A DNA stretch of 64,000 bases from Octopus sinensis (Eukaryota), in contig NC_043014.1 in NCBI RefSeq assembly GCF_006345805.1, positions 1,550,001 through 1,614,000 of the forward strand. Direction: 5' to 3'. Below, one piece after another: positions 52,721 through 64,000 of this stretch; within the stretch, counting starts at the first letter, position 1, and every line of letters begins with the position of its first letter. The position numbers were made by a program, and so were the translations under genes. Under the pieces are notes generated by a model. It saw only the letters and a program-made list of their open reading frames with translations, did no database searches and was not told the origin of the DNA.

Positions 52721-53845
52721 GACGCTTATAATAATAATAACAATAATAATTGTAGTAATAATAATAATAATAATAACAATAATCTTTTCTACAATAGGCA
52801 CAAAGCCTGAAATTTTGGGGAAAGGGACTAGTTGGTCACATTGACTCCAGTGTTTCACTGCTACTTATTTAATCAACCCCAAAAGGATGAAAGGCCAAGT
52901 CGACCTTGGCGGAATTTAAACTCAGAACAGAAAGACGGGCGAAATACCGCTAAGCATTTCATCCAGCATACTAATGATTCTGCCAGCCTTAATAATAATA
53001 ATAAAAATAAGAACAAAGACACTGAGAGAGTGAAAACCTCTGCCAAGGCAACACCAACGTTCTCTCAAAGGTTAACCAGCGATGACTTTTTAAAATGAGA
53101 ATATCTGAAATAAACTTGACTGCTCTAACTAACGAGAATACTAAAATGAACCCGACCACTCTCAAAAATTAAGTAAAAAAAACAACAACAAAAAACAGAA
53201 AAATAATCCAGAATGCTTGTCTGGTACCAGATCGATCCCAGAATCTAATCAGTTCATGCCAGTCATGAGGCCAAACATCCCTGAAAGTTTCATCAGAATC
53301 CATCCAGCAGTTCTTGAGATATCTTGTCCATGGACAAACAAACAAACAAACACAACTGAAAACAATACCTCTGCCTTTGCTAAGGTGGAGGTAATAATCC
53401 TTTCTACTGGAAGCACAAGGCCTGGATTTTGTGGGGAGTTGGGCAGCCAATCACATCGACCCCAGTGTTTCACAAGAACTTAATTTATCCATCCCAAAAG
53501 GATGAAAGGCAAAGTTGACCGTGGCAGGATTTGAACCCAGAACATAGCAGCAATAACAATAATCCTTTTTACTATAGGCACAAAGCCTGAAATTTGTGGA
53601 GAGGGGGTACGTCGTTCACGTCGACCCCCGTACTTAATTGCTAATTAATATACTGACCCCTGAATGGATAAAAGACAAAGTCAACCTCAGCAGAATTTGA
53701 ACTCAGAATGTGAAGAAAAATGCTTTGCCATTCTGCCCAGCTCACTGTCTTAAAATAATGGTAGTAGTAGTAGTAGAGTTTTCTTTATTGGCAACAGGGG
53801 CCAAAGGCATTGGGGGACCACATGCAAAATAAGACGTCAAGGTAC

Positions 53846-54148
53846 CTTCTGTTGTTGCATCATACGCAGAACATTCATCTGCATGCGGAGGAAATCGTTG
53901 TGGACGTTGTCTGTGAATACTTCCATTGCATCATAGACCACACCGTGCAGCAGCTTAAAAGAGACCGAGTTGGACGATGGCATGTTAGGTGCAGATGCAG
54001 CGGCGGTTGCGGCAGTGGGAGTGATGATCCTGGTGGGAGCAATCGATGCTGCTGCAGTTGCTGCTGTCAGCGGTATGGAGTGGATCTGAGTGGTTGCAGA
54101 GGGTGCAGCTTTCGGCATGAAAGTTCCAAAAGTGACAGGGGTGGATAC
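53846..54148 (-). CDS. NEDD1: NEDD1 penultimate exon (VSTPVTFG...LLHGVVYDAMEVFTDNVHNDFLRMQMNVLRMMQQQK)
   Basis: TGTCTGTTTGTCCAG| and AAG|GTACCT, 303 nt, phase 0-0; second half resembles the NEDD1 helical gamma-tubulin-binding region. Confidence 0.9.
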
Positions 54149-54454
54149 CTGGACAAACAGACAGACAGATAATCAAGTTAGTAAATGAAGTGTTGAGGAG
54201 GAGGAGGAAGAGGAGAAGGGTAACAACAATGTGTGTGTGTGTCAACTTCCTATACAGGTTGACTGTATGAATATGCGTGTGTGTGTGTGTGTGTGTGTGA
54301 GGCCAAGTGTGCATTTCCCCCATGTCTTCACATGTGGGCATTGTGTGTTTGCAGTCCTCCTTGAAAGCACATGTAGGTTGTTCAAGAGACAGGGATGTAA
54401 AGGAGAGGGGGGGGGTTATTACCTTTGCTTGGAAACTGGTGAAAGTTGAGCATA

Positions 54455-54790
54455 TCATCATCACCATCATCATCATTTAACATCCGCTTTCCATGCTGGC
54501 ATGGGTTGGACAGTTCAACCGGGGTCTGGGAAGCCAGGAGGCTGCATCAGGCTCCAGTTTGATTTGGCAGTGTTTCTACAGATGGATGCCCTTCCTAATG
54601 CCAACCACTCCGAGAGTGTAGTGAGTGCTTTTCTTACATGCCTCTGGCACAGGGGCCAGATAGGGCTGGCATCAACCATAATTGGATGGTGCTTTTTACA
54701 TGCCACCGGCACGGGAGCCAATCAAGGCGGTGCTGGCATCGGCCACGTTTGGATGGTGCTTTTTACGTGCCACCGGCACAGAAGCCAGTT
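54455..54790 (-). mobile_element. Family D element (inverted relative to the 54980-55125 and 57600-57840 copies)
   Basis: Starts with (CAT)n TTTAACATCCGCTTTCCATGCTGGCATGGGTTGGAC. Confidence 0.8.
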
Positions 54791-55146
54791 GGGGTGAGGG
54801 TTGTGGAAATTCTACCCCAAGTCTCTTTTGACCCAGGCAAGTATAAGCATGGCCAAGTAGACACTATAACAATGAATACACACACCTGTACAGGTGTCAC
54901 ATAAAAAGCACCTATGCTGGCACTACATACAGAGAATGTGTAAGTATGCACATGTGTGAGACATCTGTCATTCTGTAAAGGGTTTGGTGTTAGGAAGGGC
55001 ATCCAGCTGTAGAAACCAAGCCAAAACAGATATCTGCAGCCTGGTGCAGCCCTCTGGCTTGCCTGTTCCTACCAAACCATCCAACCCATGCCAGCAGGGA
55101 AGACGGACATTCAGTGATGATGATGATAATATATATATATATATAT

Positions 55147-55245
55147 TTAATAATTAGGGTTCAGCAAAGATTTGTTTTACCACATACCAAAGTTTAGAAA
55201 TAGCGGTATGTGGTAAAGCAAATCTTGCTGAACCCTAATTATTAA
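55147..55245. repeat. 99-nt hairpin (about 41-bp stem, 16-nt loop)
   Basis: TTAATAATTAGGGTTCAGCAAAGATTTGTTTTACCACATACC pairs with GGTATGTGGTAAAGCAAATCTTGCTGAACCCTAATTATTAA (1 mismatch, 1 bulge). Confidence 0.9.
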
Positions 55246-55620
55246 GTATTACTTAAGTTTACCATGAAATGGTCCTTTTTTCATGCCGAATTCTACTTGG
55301 TGAAATTATTGATTACTTCTTAATTAATTAATTTTACCCTTTGTTATTATTATATATATATATATGTTTATCATTGTTGTCATAGTTTTGATGTCCACTT
55401 GTCCATGCTAGTATGAGTTTGATGAAACTGGTTGGGGCAGCTCTTCTGGATGTTCTACTTGGAGTCAAACTGAAATTCTTTCGAAACAACATAATAAGAA
55501 CCCACCAAGAGTTCTTAGAAGAATAAGCAACCTACCATGGCAGATTCTTAACAATGGCACAAAAAGGGAAAACCCAAAGCCAGAAAGAAATGGTAGGTGC
55601 AAGGGATAAGATGATCTTAC

Positions 55621-55928
55621 CTTTGAAGTTGCCATCATTGGTGGTGACATCTCACTGATGCTGGATGCTACCCCCTGCCTATTAAAAGTCGTTGGTGAGA
55701 GGATGTCCCTGACGTCCCACTTTCTTCTGTTCATTGAAGAAGAGTCACGTGATGTAACAGGGGTGATGTGCTGGACGTCCATATCCATCACGGGCTGAGG
55801 AGATTGTGTACTCAGCAGGGCAGCTTGGGTATTACTGCTGCCCGGGGTTGCAGCGTCTGATTTTCTGTGGACCATTGAGTTGAGGTCAAATGGTGATGGC
55901 ACCTGAGCAGAGGGGTTGCTGGTTCTGC
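55621..55928 (-). CDS. NEDD1: NEDD1 linker exon (RTSNPSAQVPSPFD...SEMSPPMMATSK)
   Basis: TTCTCGCCCTTTTCAG| and AAG|GTAAGA, 308 nt, phase 1-0, S/T/P rich. Confidence 0.85.
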
Positions 55929-56235
55929 CTGAAAAGGGCGAGAAAGGGGGAAAACAATTAAGGAAGAGAGATTCAGAGAAAGTATAAGATTGAAGGAAGG
56001 GAACAGGGGAGAGAGAGAGATTAGATGAAAGGGTATCATCACCATCATCATCTAACGTCCATCTTCGATGGTGACATGGCTTGGATGGTTCAACAAGATC
56101 CAACAAACCAGAGGACTTCATTGACCTCCAAAGCCTACTTTGACATGACATGGTTTCTGCAGCTGAATGACCTTCCTAATGCCGCATACTACTTTTGCAT
56201 AGCACCAGCTCCTTTGAGGTTGCACAGTAACTCAC

Positions 56236-56374
56236 GAGAGAAAAGCAAGCCCTCATCAGAATTGGGGTCCAGTAAAGAGGTGGGTGGTGACTTTATACCA
56301 CATGTTGAGAAGTTGAAGTTTGATAGAGGAACAGAAACAAGTGTCTTGCTGTAGGAGAGGTACACTGCTGCCCT
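56236..56374 (-). CDS. NEDD1: NEDD1 linker exon (RAAVYLSYSKTLVSVP...DEGLLFS)
   Basis: TTTTGCTATTTCTCCCTAG| and CTC|GTGAGT, 139 nt; only phase 0-1 is open, matching both neighbours. Confidence 0.8.
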
Positions 56375-56437
56375 CTAGGGAGAAATAGCAAAAGAAGAAT
56401 GTCCCTTGGTTTTTAAGAACTTATATGCTTAACCATC

Positions 56438-56655
56438 TTACTCTCTCTTTACTCTTTTACTTGGTTCAGTCATTTGACTGCGGCCATGCTGGAGCACCGC
56501 CTTTAATCGAGCAAATCGACCCCAAATCCTATTCTTTGTAAGCCCAGTACTTATTCTATCGGTCTCTTTTGCTGAACCGCTAAGTAACAGGGACATAAAT
56601 ACACCCGCATCGGTTGTCAAGCAATGCTAGGGGGACAAACACACTCACACAAACA

Positions 56656-56700
<45 letters not shown>

Positions 56701-56855
56701 GACGGGCTTCTTTCAGTTTCCATCTACCAAATCCACTCACAAGGCTTTGGTCGGCCCGAGGCTATAGTAGAAGACACTTGCCCAAGGTGCCACGCAGTGG
56801 GACTGAACCCGGAACCATGTGGTTGGTAAGCAAGCTACTTACCACACAGCCACTC
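56438..56855 (-). mobile_element. Full-length family C SINE; further minus copies at about 59820, 60100-60470, 60490
   Basis: Reverse complement of the 48680 copy. Confidence 0.9.
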
Positions 56856-57599
56856 CATCTTGTTATCATATTTCTGGGGAAATACACAGTCTTTATTTCA
56901 ATTTAGTAAATTAACCCCGTTATTATTAATTTGATGTCTGGAACATAAATTAACATGAAACCTTTAACCTTGATCCCTTTAAAAGAGGAAGTTTGTTATC
57001 ACAGAGCCAGGAGTTTTTCTCAGACGGGCAAGAACCTGGAGTTGGTCTTGTTGTACAACAGATGAGAGAGATATGTTCTCCTGGCTCAGACAGCAGTCAA
57101 TGACAAATGATGTCTCTACACAATACTGAAAGCTGTGAACAAGTGAGACAGGGTCTCTTGGCTCTGACCCCAGTTAATTACAGGTTAAATCTTCAGATAA
57201 TGCTGAGAGGTAAACAAAGGATTTTACATGAAACACACTTTGTAATATCCGATGTGTATTTGAACCGGAGTTCTCTTGATTGGTCGTAGCATGCCAGAGG
57301 AACTTGGCTGTTATTTTCTACAAAGTATTTGAGAGAGGGAGAGGGGGAGGAGGAGAAGAAAGGGAGGACGGGGGGGTAGTAGAAAAAGAAGACAGGGAGA
57401 AGAGAAGACACAAAATATTCTGATGGATCTTACCTGAGTCCTTGGAAGGTGAAAATGGACTGTCAGCAGGTAAATTTGACAGCTGTGGAGTAGAGAATGG
57501 ACAATGATGACGGCCCAAAGGATTTCAACAGAAAAATACATCACACCAGCCATACACAATATCAATGCTATGGCACATAAAATAAGAAGAAAAAAAAAA

Positions 57600-57840
57600 A
57601 CACCATCCGAGCGTGGCTGTTCACCAGCCTTGTCTGGCACCTGTGTCGGTGGCACATAAAAAGCACCCACTACACTCACGGAGTGGTTGGCGTTAGGAAG
57701 GGCATCCAGCTGTAGAAACACTGCCAGATAAGACTGGAGCCTGGTGCAGCCGTCGGGCTTCCCAGATCCCCGGTCGAACCGTCCAACCCATGCTAGCATG
57801 GAGAACGGACGTTAAACGATGATGATGAGGATGATGAAGA
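57600..57840 (+). mobile_element. Family D element
   Basis: Core plus GGACGTTAAACGATGATGATG tail. Confidence 0.8.
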
Positions 57841-58609
57841 CATGTTTATACTAGTATATATACACATAGGCACACACATATTTGTACACATAGGCACACA
57901 GACAGGCGTGTGTGTGTGCATACACTACAAACAACAACACCATCATTATCATCATTGTTTAATATCTGTTTTCCATGCTGGCATGGGTTGGACGGTTTGC
58001 CAGGAGCCGGCCAACCACGGAACTGTCCAGACTCCAATTGCAGCAGGGTTTCTATGGCTGGATGCCCTTCCTTACATGTTTATTACATCGAAAGTTGACA
58101 GTGTGCTCCAGTTTGGGCTTTCATGAATCATCAACAGCCCAACCTGGGGTGAAACTCAGCTCAGACCACAAATATATACAGCTTTACGGTATTTATTTTG
58201 GATCTCTGCACTTTGAGTTCAAATTCCACCAAGTTCAACTTTGCCTTTTGTTTCCTTGGGATCAGTAAAATACAAGAGCATCAGACAAGATGCCTTGTGG
58301 CATCTTTATCAGCTCTTTTATATTCTGGGTTCAAATTCTGCCTGGTGCCTGGTGGCTGGGCTAATCTCATGATGACATGAGTAAAACCTATTCATCCCAC
58401 ATTTGACCGGTAAGGTCAGGAAAGTATGCAAGCCACAGCAGGTCAAGGTTTTCATGCAGCAGTGGATCGATTAATTTGGTTGTATTTTTAGTGACCCTTA
58501 GAAAAATGAAAAATGATATTGACCTCAAAGAGATTTGAACCCAGAATATAAAGACAATTTGTCTGCTGCTCTAACAATACTCCTAACCAACCCCTATCTA
58601 ACTTTGATC

Positions 58610-58960
58610 ATCATCATCATCATCATCATCATTTAGCGTCCGCTTTCCATGCTGGCATGGGTTGGATGGTTCAACTGGGGTCTGTGAAGCCGGAAGGCCG
58701 CATCAGGCCCAGTCAGATCTGGCAGTGTTTCTACGGCTGGATGCCCTTCTTAACCCCAACCACTCCGTGAGTGTAGTGGGTGCTTTTTACGTGCCACCCG
58801 CACAGGTGCCAGACGGAGCTGGCAACGACACGAACGGATGGTGCTTTTACGTGCCACCGGCACAGGGGCCAGGCGAAGCTGGCAACGGACACGAATGGAT
58901 GGTGCTTTTACATGCCACCGGCACGGGGGCCAGGCGAGGCTGGCAACGGACACTAACGGA
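58610..58960 (-). mobile_element. Family D element with about 60-bp tandem subrepeats
   Basis: (CAT)n start; repeated GGTGCTTTTAC.TGCCACCGGCAC..GCTGGCAACG units. Confidence 0.8.
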
Positions 58961-59020
58961 TGGTAACAATATCAATAACATTTTGAGACAGATCAATAAA
59001 TTATTAGAAAAGTCACTGAC

Positions 59021-59151
59021 CTGGAGGGAAGTTTCAGCAAATGATGGCCACAAGAAGCTGTATTCAGAGGTGTTACTCTGGTTGCAACTGACGTCTGAGG
59101 GGACAAAACTGGCGTTTGCACTTGCAGGAGAAAACAGGCCCAATGCATCAG
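59021..59151 (-). CDS. NEDD1: NEDD1 linker exon (A-DALGLFSPASANAS...SFAETSLQ)
   Basis: TGTCTCATCAATACAG| and CAG|GTCAGT, 131 nt, phase 1-0. Confidence 0.8.
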
Positions 59152-59205
59152 CTGTATTGATGAGACACAAGTTATCATAGTTATGCATGTTGTTGTTATT
59201 AATTA

Positions 59206-59545
59206 CAAGGGTGAGCCACAACGTAATGTCATTTTGTTTAGGACAGGTGTAATTACCAACACCGGAACATGACTCATACATCAAAATGAAGCTGGTCCTC
59301 TGTGGATCACATCCCTACTTCTCAGCATAGTCACCGTTTCTCTCAATAGCAATGTTCCACCTTCGAATGAGAGCATGTATCCCTTCCTCGTAAAATTTTG
59401 TTGACTGTTCTTTGAGTCACTTCTTCGCTACAGTTTTCACTTCCTCGTCACTGGACTATCATCTCTTCGACCCATGAAAGAGGGTTTGAGAGACAATCAT
59501 TCCAGTGACGAGGAAGTGAAAACTGTAGGGAAGAAGTGGCTCAAG
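59206..59545 (-). mobile_element. Mariner 3' relic with local inverted duplication
   Basis: Minus strand SSDEEVKTVAKK*LKEQSTKFYEEGIHALIRRWNIAIERNGDYAEK*; plus strand DYHLF.PMKEGLRDNHSSDEEVKTVGKKWLK; TA|CAAGGG TIR-like end at 59204. Confidence 0.85.
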
Positions 59546-60815
59546 GTCACATGTATTGCACGTTGTTATGGTTATGTGCATTGTGTTGCCGTTGGTTAAA
59601 TATGTGTTGTCATTAGTTAGACATGTCCGGTTTCCATTAATTACACACATATACAGGGCCCTATAAACACAGTCATGTACATATACAGCTACAAACACAC
59701 ACGATGGTGTCAAGGAACAATCATCAAAAAAATAAATAAATTTTGAAGAGAAAACCAAATTGATTAAAAGAGAAATCAGTGAAAAACATGAGACGGAAGA
59801 AAATTTTTAACAGAAATCTTCTCTCTTTTACTTGTTTCAATGATTGGATTGTGGCCATGCTGGGGCACCACATTGAAGAATTTTAAGTTGAACGAATCAA
59901 ACCCCCATTAATTACCTTTTTTTAAGACTGGTACTTATTCTATCAGTCTCTTTTGCTGAACTGCTAAGTTAAGGGGTCATAAACACATCAACACCAGTTG
60001 TCAAGAAATGGTGGAGAACAAACATTGACACACACACACATAGGTGCATGTGTGTGTCTGTGTATATATATATATAATATATATATATATATACTCTTTT
60101 ACTTGTTTCAGTCATTTGACTGTGGCCATGCTGGAGCACCGCCTTTAGTCGAGCAAATCGACCCTGGGACTTATTCTTTTGTAAGCCCAGTACTTATTCT
60201 ATCGGTCTATTTTGCTGAACCGCTAAGTAACGGGGACATAAACACACCAGCATCGGTTGTCAAGCAATGCTAGGGGGACAAACACAGACACACGCATATA
60301 CATATATACGACGGGCTTCTTTCAGTTTCCGTCTACCATATCCACTCACAAGGCTTTGATCAGCCCGAGGCTATAGTAGAAGACACTTACCCAAGGTGCC
60401 ACGCAGTGGGACTGAACCTGGAACCATGAGGTTGGTAAACAAGCTACTTACCATACAGCCACTTCTGCGCCTATATATATATATATATGAGGGGTATAGT
60501 AGAAGGCACTTGTCCAAGGTGGCATGCAGTGGGACTGAACCCAGAACCATGTGGTTGGGAAGCAAGCTTCTTACCACACAGCCATGCCTGCACCAATATT
60601 TTTTTGGGGGTTAAGTTTTTTTTCTATGGCAGCTTTGACTTTCAATCAATTTGTCTTTCAGCCAAAATAATTTTGACAAAAATGTATTCTGGCGAATATA
60701 TTCTCAATGGGTGTGTCTAATACGGAACAGACAGATGCAAATATGAAGAGAAAAATCATACAAATAAACACACACAAGAAGCACCAACATACAAGCAAAA
60801 CATACATAAGCATGT

Positions 60816-60851
<36 letters not shown>

Positions 60852-61279
60852 CTAAACACGACATACGCAAACAAGAACACCCAAGCATACAAGGCACACG
60901 TGGACACATACACACACACACAGAGAAAGAGTGAAACAAAGTAATACGCACTGTTTCGTTGATCATTTACGGTTGATGAAGGATGAGACAAATCAGGCGT
61001 GACACAAACTGAAACGATACAACAGTAGCAGCAGCAACAACAACATCATTAGAACATTGTAAGTGTCTTAGTTATGCTCCTGGTTCTAATCCTAGTGAGG
61101 TTAAACTTTACTTTTCCTCCCTCCAGGATCAATAAAATAAAGAACCTGCCAAAGTACCCGGAACAATGTAAACCAACTAAACCCCTCCTCCCCTGCCCAC
61201 CACCGCAATTCCAAGATTTGTGTCTATATTCGAAACAACAGCAGCAGATTGGCGGAATTGAGAGGACGTCGGACTAAAT

Positions 61280-61515
61280 ACTTATTTCTTTACTACCCAC
61301 AAGGGGCTAAACACAGAGAGGACAAACAAGGACAGACAAATGGATTAAGTCGATTATATCGACTCCAGTGCGTAACTGGTACTTATTTAATCGACCCCGA
61401 AAGGATGAAAGGCAAAGTCGACCACAGAGGAATTTGATCTCAGAACGTAGCAGCAGATGAAATACGGCAATGCATTTCGTCCGGCGTGCTAACGATTCTG
61501 CCAGCTCGCCGCAAC
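61280..61515 (-). mobile_element. SINE (family B, long tail)
   Basis: Same as the 52495 copy. Confidence 0.85.
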
Positions 61516-62082
61516 TGGCACTAAATACCTTGTATTTGTTGCAGCTCTTTAGTTCCTGAGTTCAAATCCAGCCAAAGTCAACTTTTCATTTTATCCTTCT
61601 AGGGATTGATAAAATAGAGTAAGAAACGAGTTGAGAGGTTGATGGTTATCATCTAACCCTAACCCTTCAGGCCCCCTTATACAGTAGTGTTTTACTTCAA
61701 CACACTCACATGCACATTATATACACACACACATTGCAAAAGTGAGATGAGTTTATGATTGTTACATCATGGGTTCAATTCCTAACCCTGGCAGTGTGCT
61801 ATGCCCTTGAGCAAGGCATTTAACTTTAAATTGCTTCAGCCAACACAGCTGAAGTTAGGTCCCAGTGGTAGCTGGGGTGGGGAGAGGGCAATTAACTTTG
61901 CAACAGATTGAGGCCCTTTTTGGGGAGAATTTTCTACTTTCAATGACTTACTGCCTCAAACACCGAGATGAGCTCCCTGGCTTTATGGGACGGCAGGTTC
62001 CACACAGATAAACATCTCTTGTTTGCATGTGTGGTTATACTAGACTCTCCACTTGTCTTCATAAATTACTGATTGCACTTAC

Positions 62083-62173
62083 CTGGGTGTGTAACTTCTG
62101 CCTTTTCAGGTGATGTAGTCGTAGGCATGTGGGCACTGAGGTTGAAGCTTCCGGATGAAAATCTTCCTTGATT
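62083..62173 (-). CDS. NEDD1: NEDD1 exon after the WD40 domain (NQGRFSSGSFNLSAHMPTTTSPEKAEVTHP)
   Basis: CTAACTCTATTCCAG| and CAG|GTAAGT, 91 nt, phase 0-1. Confidence 0.85.
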
Positions 62174-62629
62174 CTGGAATAGAGTTAGGCACATATATAT
62201 ATATATATCCGGGACCCCCTTCGGTCACGACACAGACCATGGGATTGCACCTAGAAAGTTACCCTCCCAGCCACAAGTCCAGGCATGGTTGTTTATGGAA
62301 GACCAGCAGTCGCCCGTGCATACCGGTCTTCCCTCTCCACGCCACCAGTGTTATCCAAGGGAAAGACAAAGGAGCAACGTGAAATAAAGTGTCTTGCTCA
62401 AGAACACAACACGCAGCCCGGTCCGGGATTCGAACTCACAACCTCACGATCGTAAGCTCGACGCTCTAACCACTGAGCCATGCGCCTATATATATATATA
62501 TACAGACACACATACATACACATGCACATATATATGCACACACATGCATGCATAATGGTGATGATGATGATGATGACGTCAATCCAGGAGACACCCACAT
62601 ACATGCACACACACATATTTAAGCATATA

Positions 62630-62958
62630 TATGTGCCAGTGGCATGTAAAAGGCACTATTCGAGGATGGTCGATGCCAGTCCTGCCTGACCGGTCCCCGT
62701 ACAAGTGACACAAAAAGGCACCATTTGAGTGTGGTTGATGCCCGTGACGCCTGACTGGCCCCTGTGCCAGTGACACGTAATAAGCATCCACCCACTACAC
62801 TCTCGGAGTGGTTGGCATCAGGAAGGGCATCCAGTTGCAGAAACGTTGCCAGATCAGACTGGAGCCTGTTACAGCCTTCTGGCTCGTCAGTCCCCAGTCA
62901 AACCGTCCAACCCATGCCAGCATGGAAGGCGGATGTTAAATGATGACGATGATGATGA
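62630..62958 (+). mobile_element. Family D element; another at 63280-63428
   Basis: Core plus (GAT)n tail. Confidence 0.8.
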
Positions 62959-63538
62959 CATATGCGACTGGCACTCTGTCGGTTATGATGATGACGACCA
63001 TCCCAGTTGATCTGATGAATGGAAGAGCCTGCTTGAGAAATTAATGTCTCAGTGGCCGGACACCCTAGGCACATGTACCCTTAACATAGTTTTGCTTTCA
63101 GGGAGATTCAATGTGACCAAGACTGGTCCTTTGAATTACAACTCATTTTTGCCAGCTGGAGCAACATGATACAAAGTGCCTTGCTGAAAGACACAACAGG
63201 CCACTGGGGATCGAACACACGACACCCTGACCACCAAGCCACATACATGTATATATGATGGTCTTCTTTTATAGCGAACACGAGTGGTTGGCGTTAGGAA
63301 GGGCATCCAGCCGTAGAAACATTGCCGGATCAGAATGGGCCTGGTGCAGCCTTCTGGCTTCCCAGACCCCAGTTGAACCGTCCAACCCATGCCAGCATGG
63401 AAAGCAGACGCTAAACGATGATGATGATTCACTCAGCAGAAGACACTTGGCTAAGGTACTGTGCAGTGAGATTGAACTCAGAACCACAAGGTTGCAGAGT
63501 AAACTTGTTAACCATTCAGCCACAGCCATTTCTGTACC

Positions 63539-63569
<31 letters not shown>

Positions 63570-63610
63570 AGTGACTGAAGCCAAGCCAAGGATAAAGAAA
63601 GACGATTTAC

Positions 63611-63791
63611 CTTTCGGAACTTAACACAAGTGATGGCAGATTTGTGGGCAGATTCTTTGCAGACGAGGGCAGACTTCATTGAGCGTCGATCAAACACATA
63701 GAGGGAGCCTTGCTTGCTTCCCACGCAGATCAAATCTCCACAGACATCGACACAGGTCAGAGCTGATTTCAGAGACATCATATATATCGTA
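63611..63791 (-). CDS. NEDD1: NEDD1 (gamma-TuRC targeting factor GCP-WD), last WD40 exon; 5' exons lie beyond the window
   Basis: TTTTGTTTTCATTGTAG| and AAG|GTAAAT, 181 nt, phase 2-0. ALTCVDVCGDLICVGSKQGSLYVFDRRSMKSALVCKESAHKSAITCVKF aligns by eye with human NEDD1 PLTAVDF..GATLAIGSSRGKIYQYDLRMLKSPVKTISAHKTSVQCIAF (recalled). The seven exons total about 419 aa, similar to the equivalent human segment. Confidence 0.9.
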
Positions 63792-64000
63792 CTACAATGA
63801 AAACAAAACGGCGTCAGAATTAGTTCAAACTTTACAGAGGCAAGGCAGATATAATAATAATAATAATAATTGTGTACAGTGCTCAGGTGCACTACAACTC
63901 ATCCAAAGTGTATATATAATCAGGTGTAGTTTCGGCGGATTTCGGAAAGCATGAGGGCCTTAAAGGATGCAGTGTCATGGCAGTCAACAACTGATGCAGG

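Noticed and set aside
58780-58960. Regularly spaced repeats resembling a CRISPR array
   Set aside because: Tandem subrepeats inside the family D retroelement; spacers are homologous to each other; eukaryotic context, no cas genes.
61951-62040. Strong minus donor GCA|GTAAGT just downstream of NEDD1 exon 62083
   Set aside because: No acceptable acceptor or intron length; read-through frame has a stop.

Overview
AT-rich, microsatellite-dense eukaryotic DNA, almost certainly a coleoid cephalopod. The SINE families and RTE-LINE tails match those I recall from Octopus genomes; species not determinable. Nearly all ORFs in the supplied track are microsatellite artefacts; real coding sequence is in short exons, which I located by splice signals and phase continuity. 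(1) Minus strand, 51451-63791: the 3' seven exons of a NEDD1/GCP-WD orthologue (last WD40 blade, S/T/P-rich linker, C-terminal coiled coil); its 5' exons lie beyond the window. (2) Plus strand, from 16168: an unrecognised gene of about 160 aa with four phase-consistent exons and two competing terminal exons, starting at a bidirectional promoter with mirrored YY1-type motifs and an NRF1-type palindrome. (3) Plus strand, about 10.3-14.2 kb: a tentative three-exon gene fragment open in two reading frames. The rest is tRNA-derived SINEs, RTE-LINE relics, a hAT MITE, two mariner relics with inverted 3'-end duplications, several long palindromes and simple repeats. By eye, CpG is retained left of about 31.5 kb and eroded to the right. 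All gene models are manual and need RNA-seq or homology confirmation. No prokaryote-type system (CRISPR, operon) is present.
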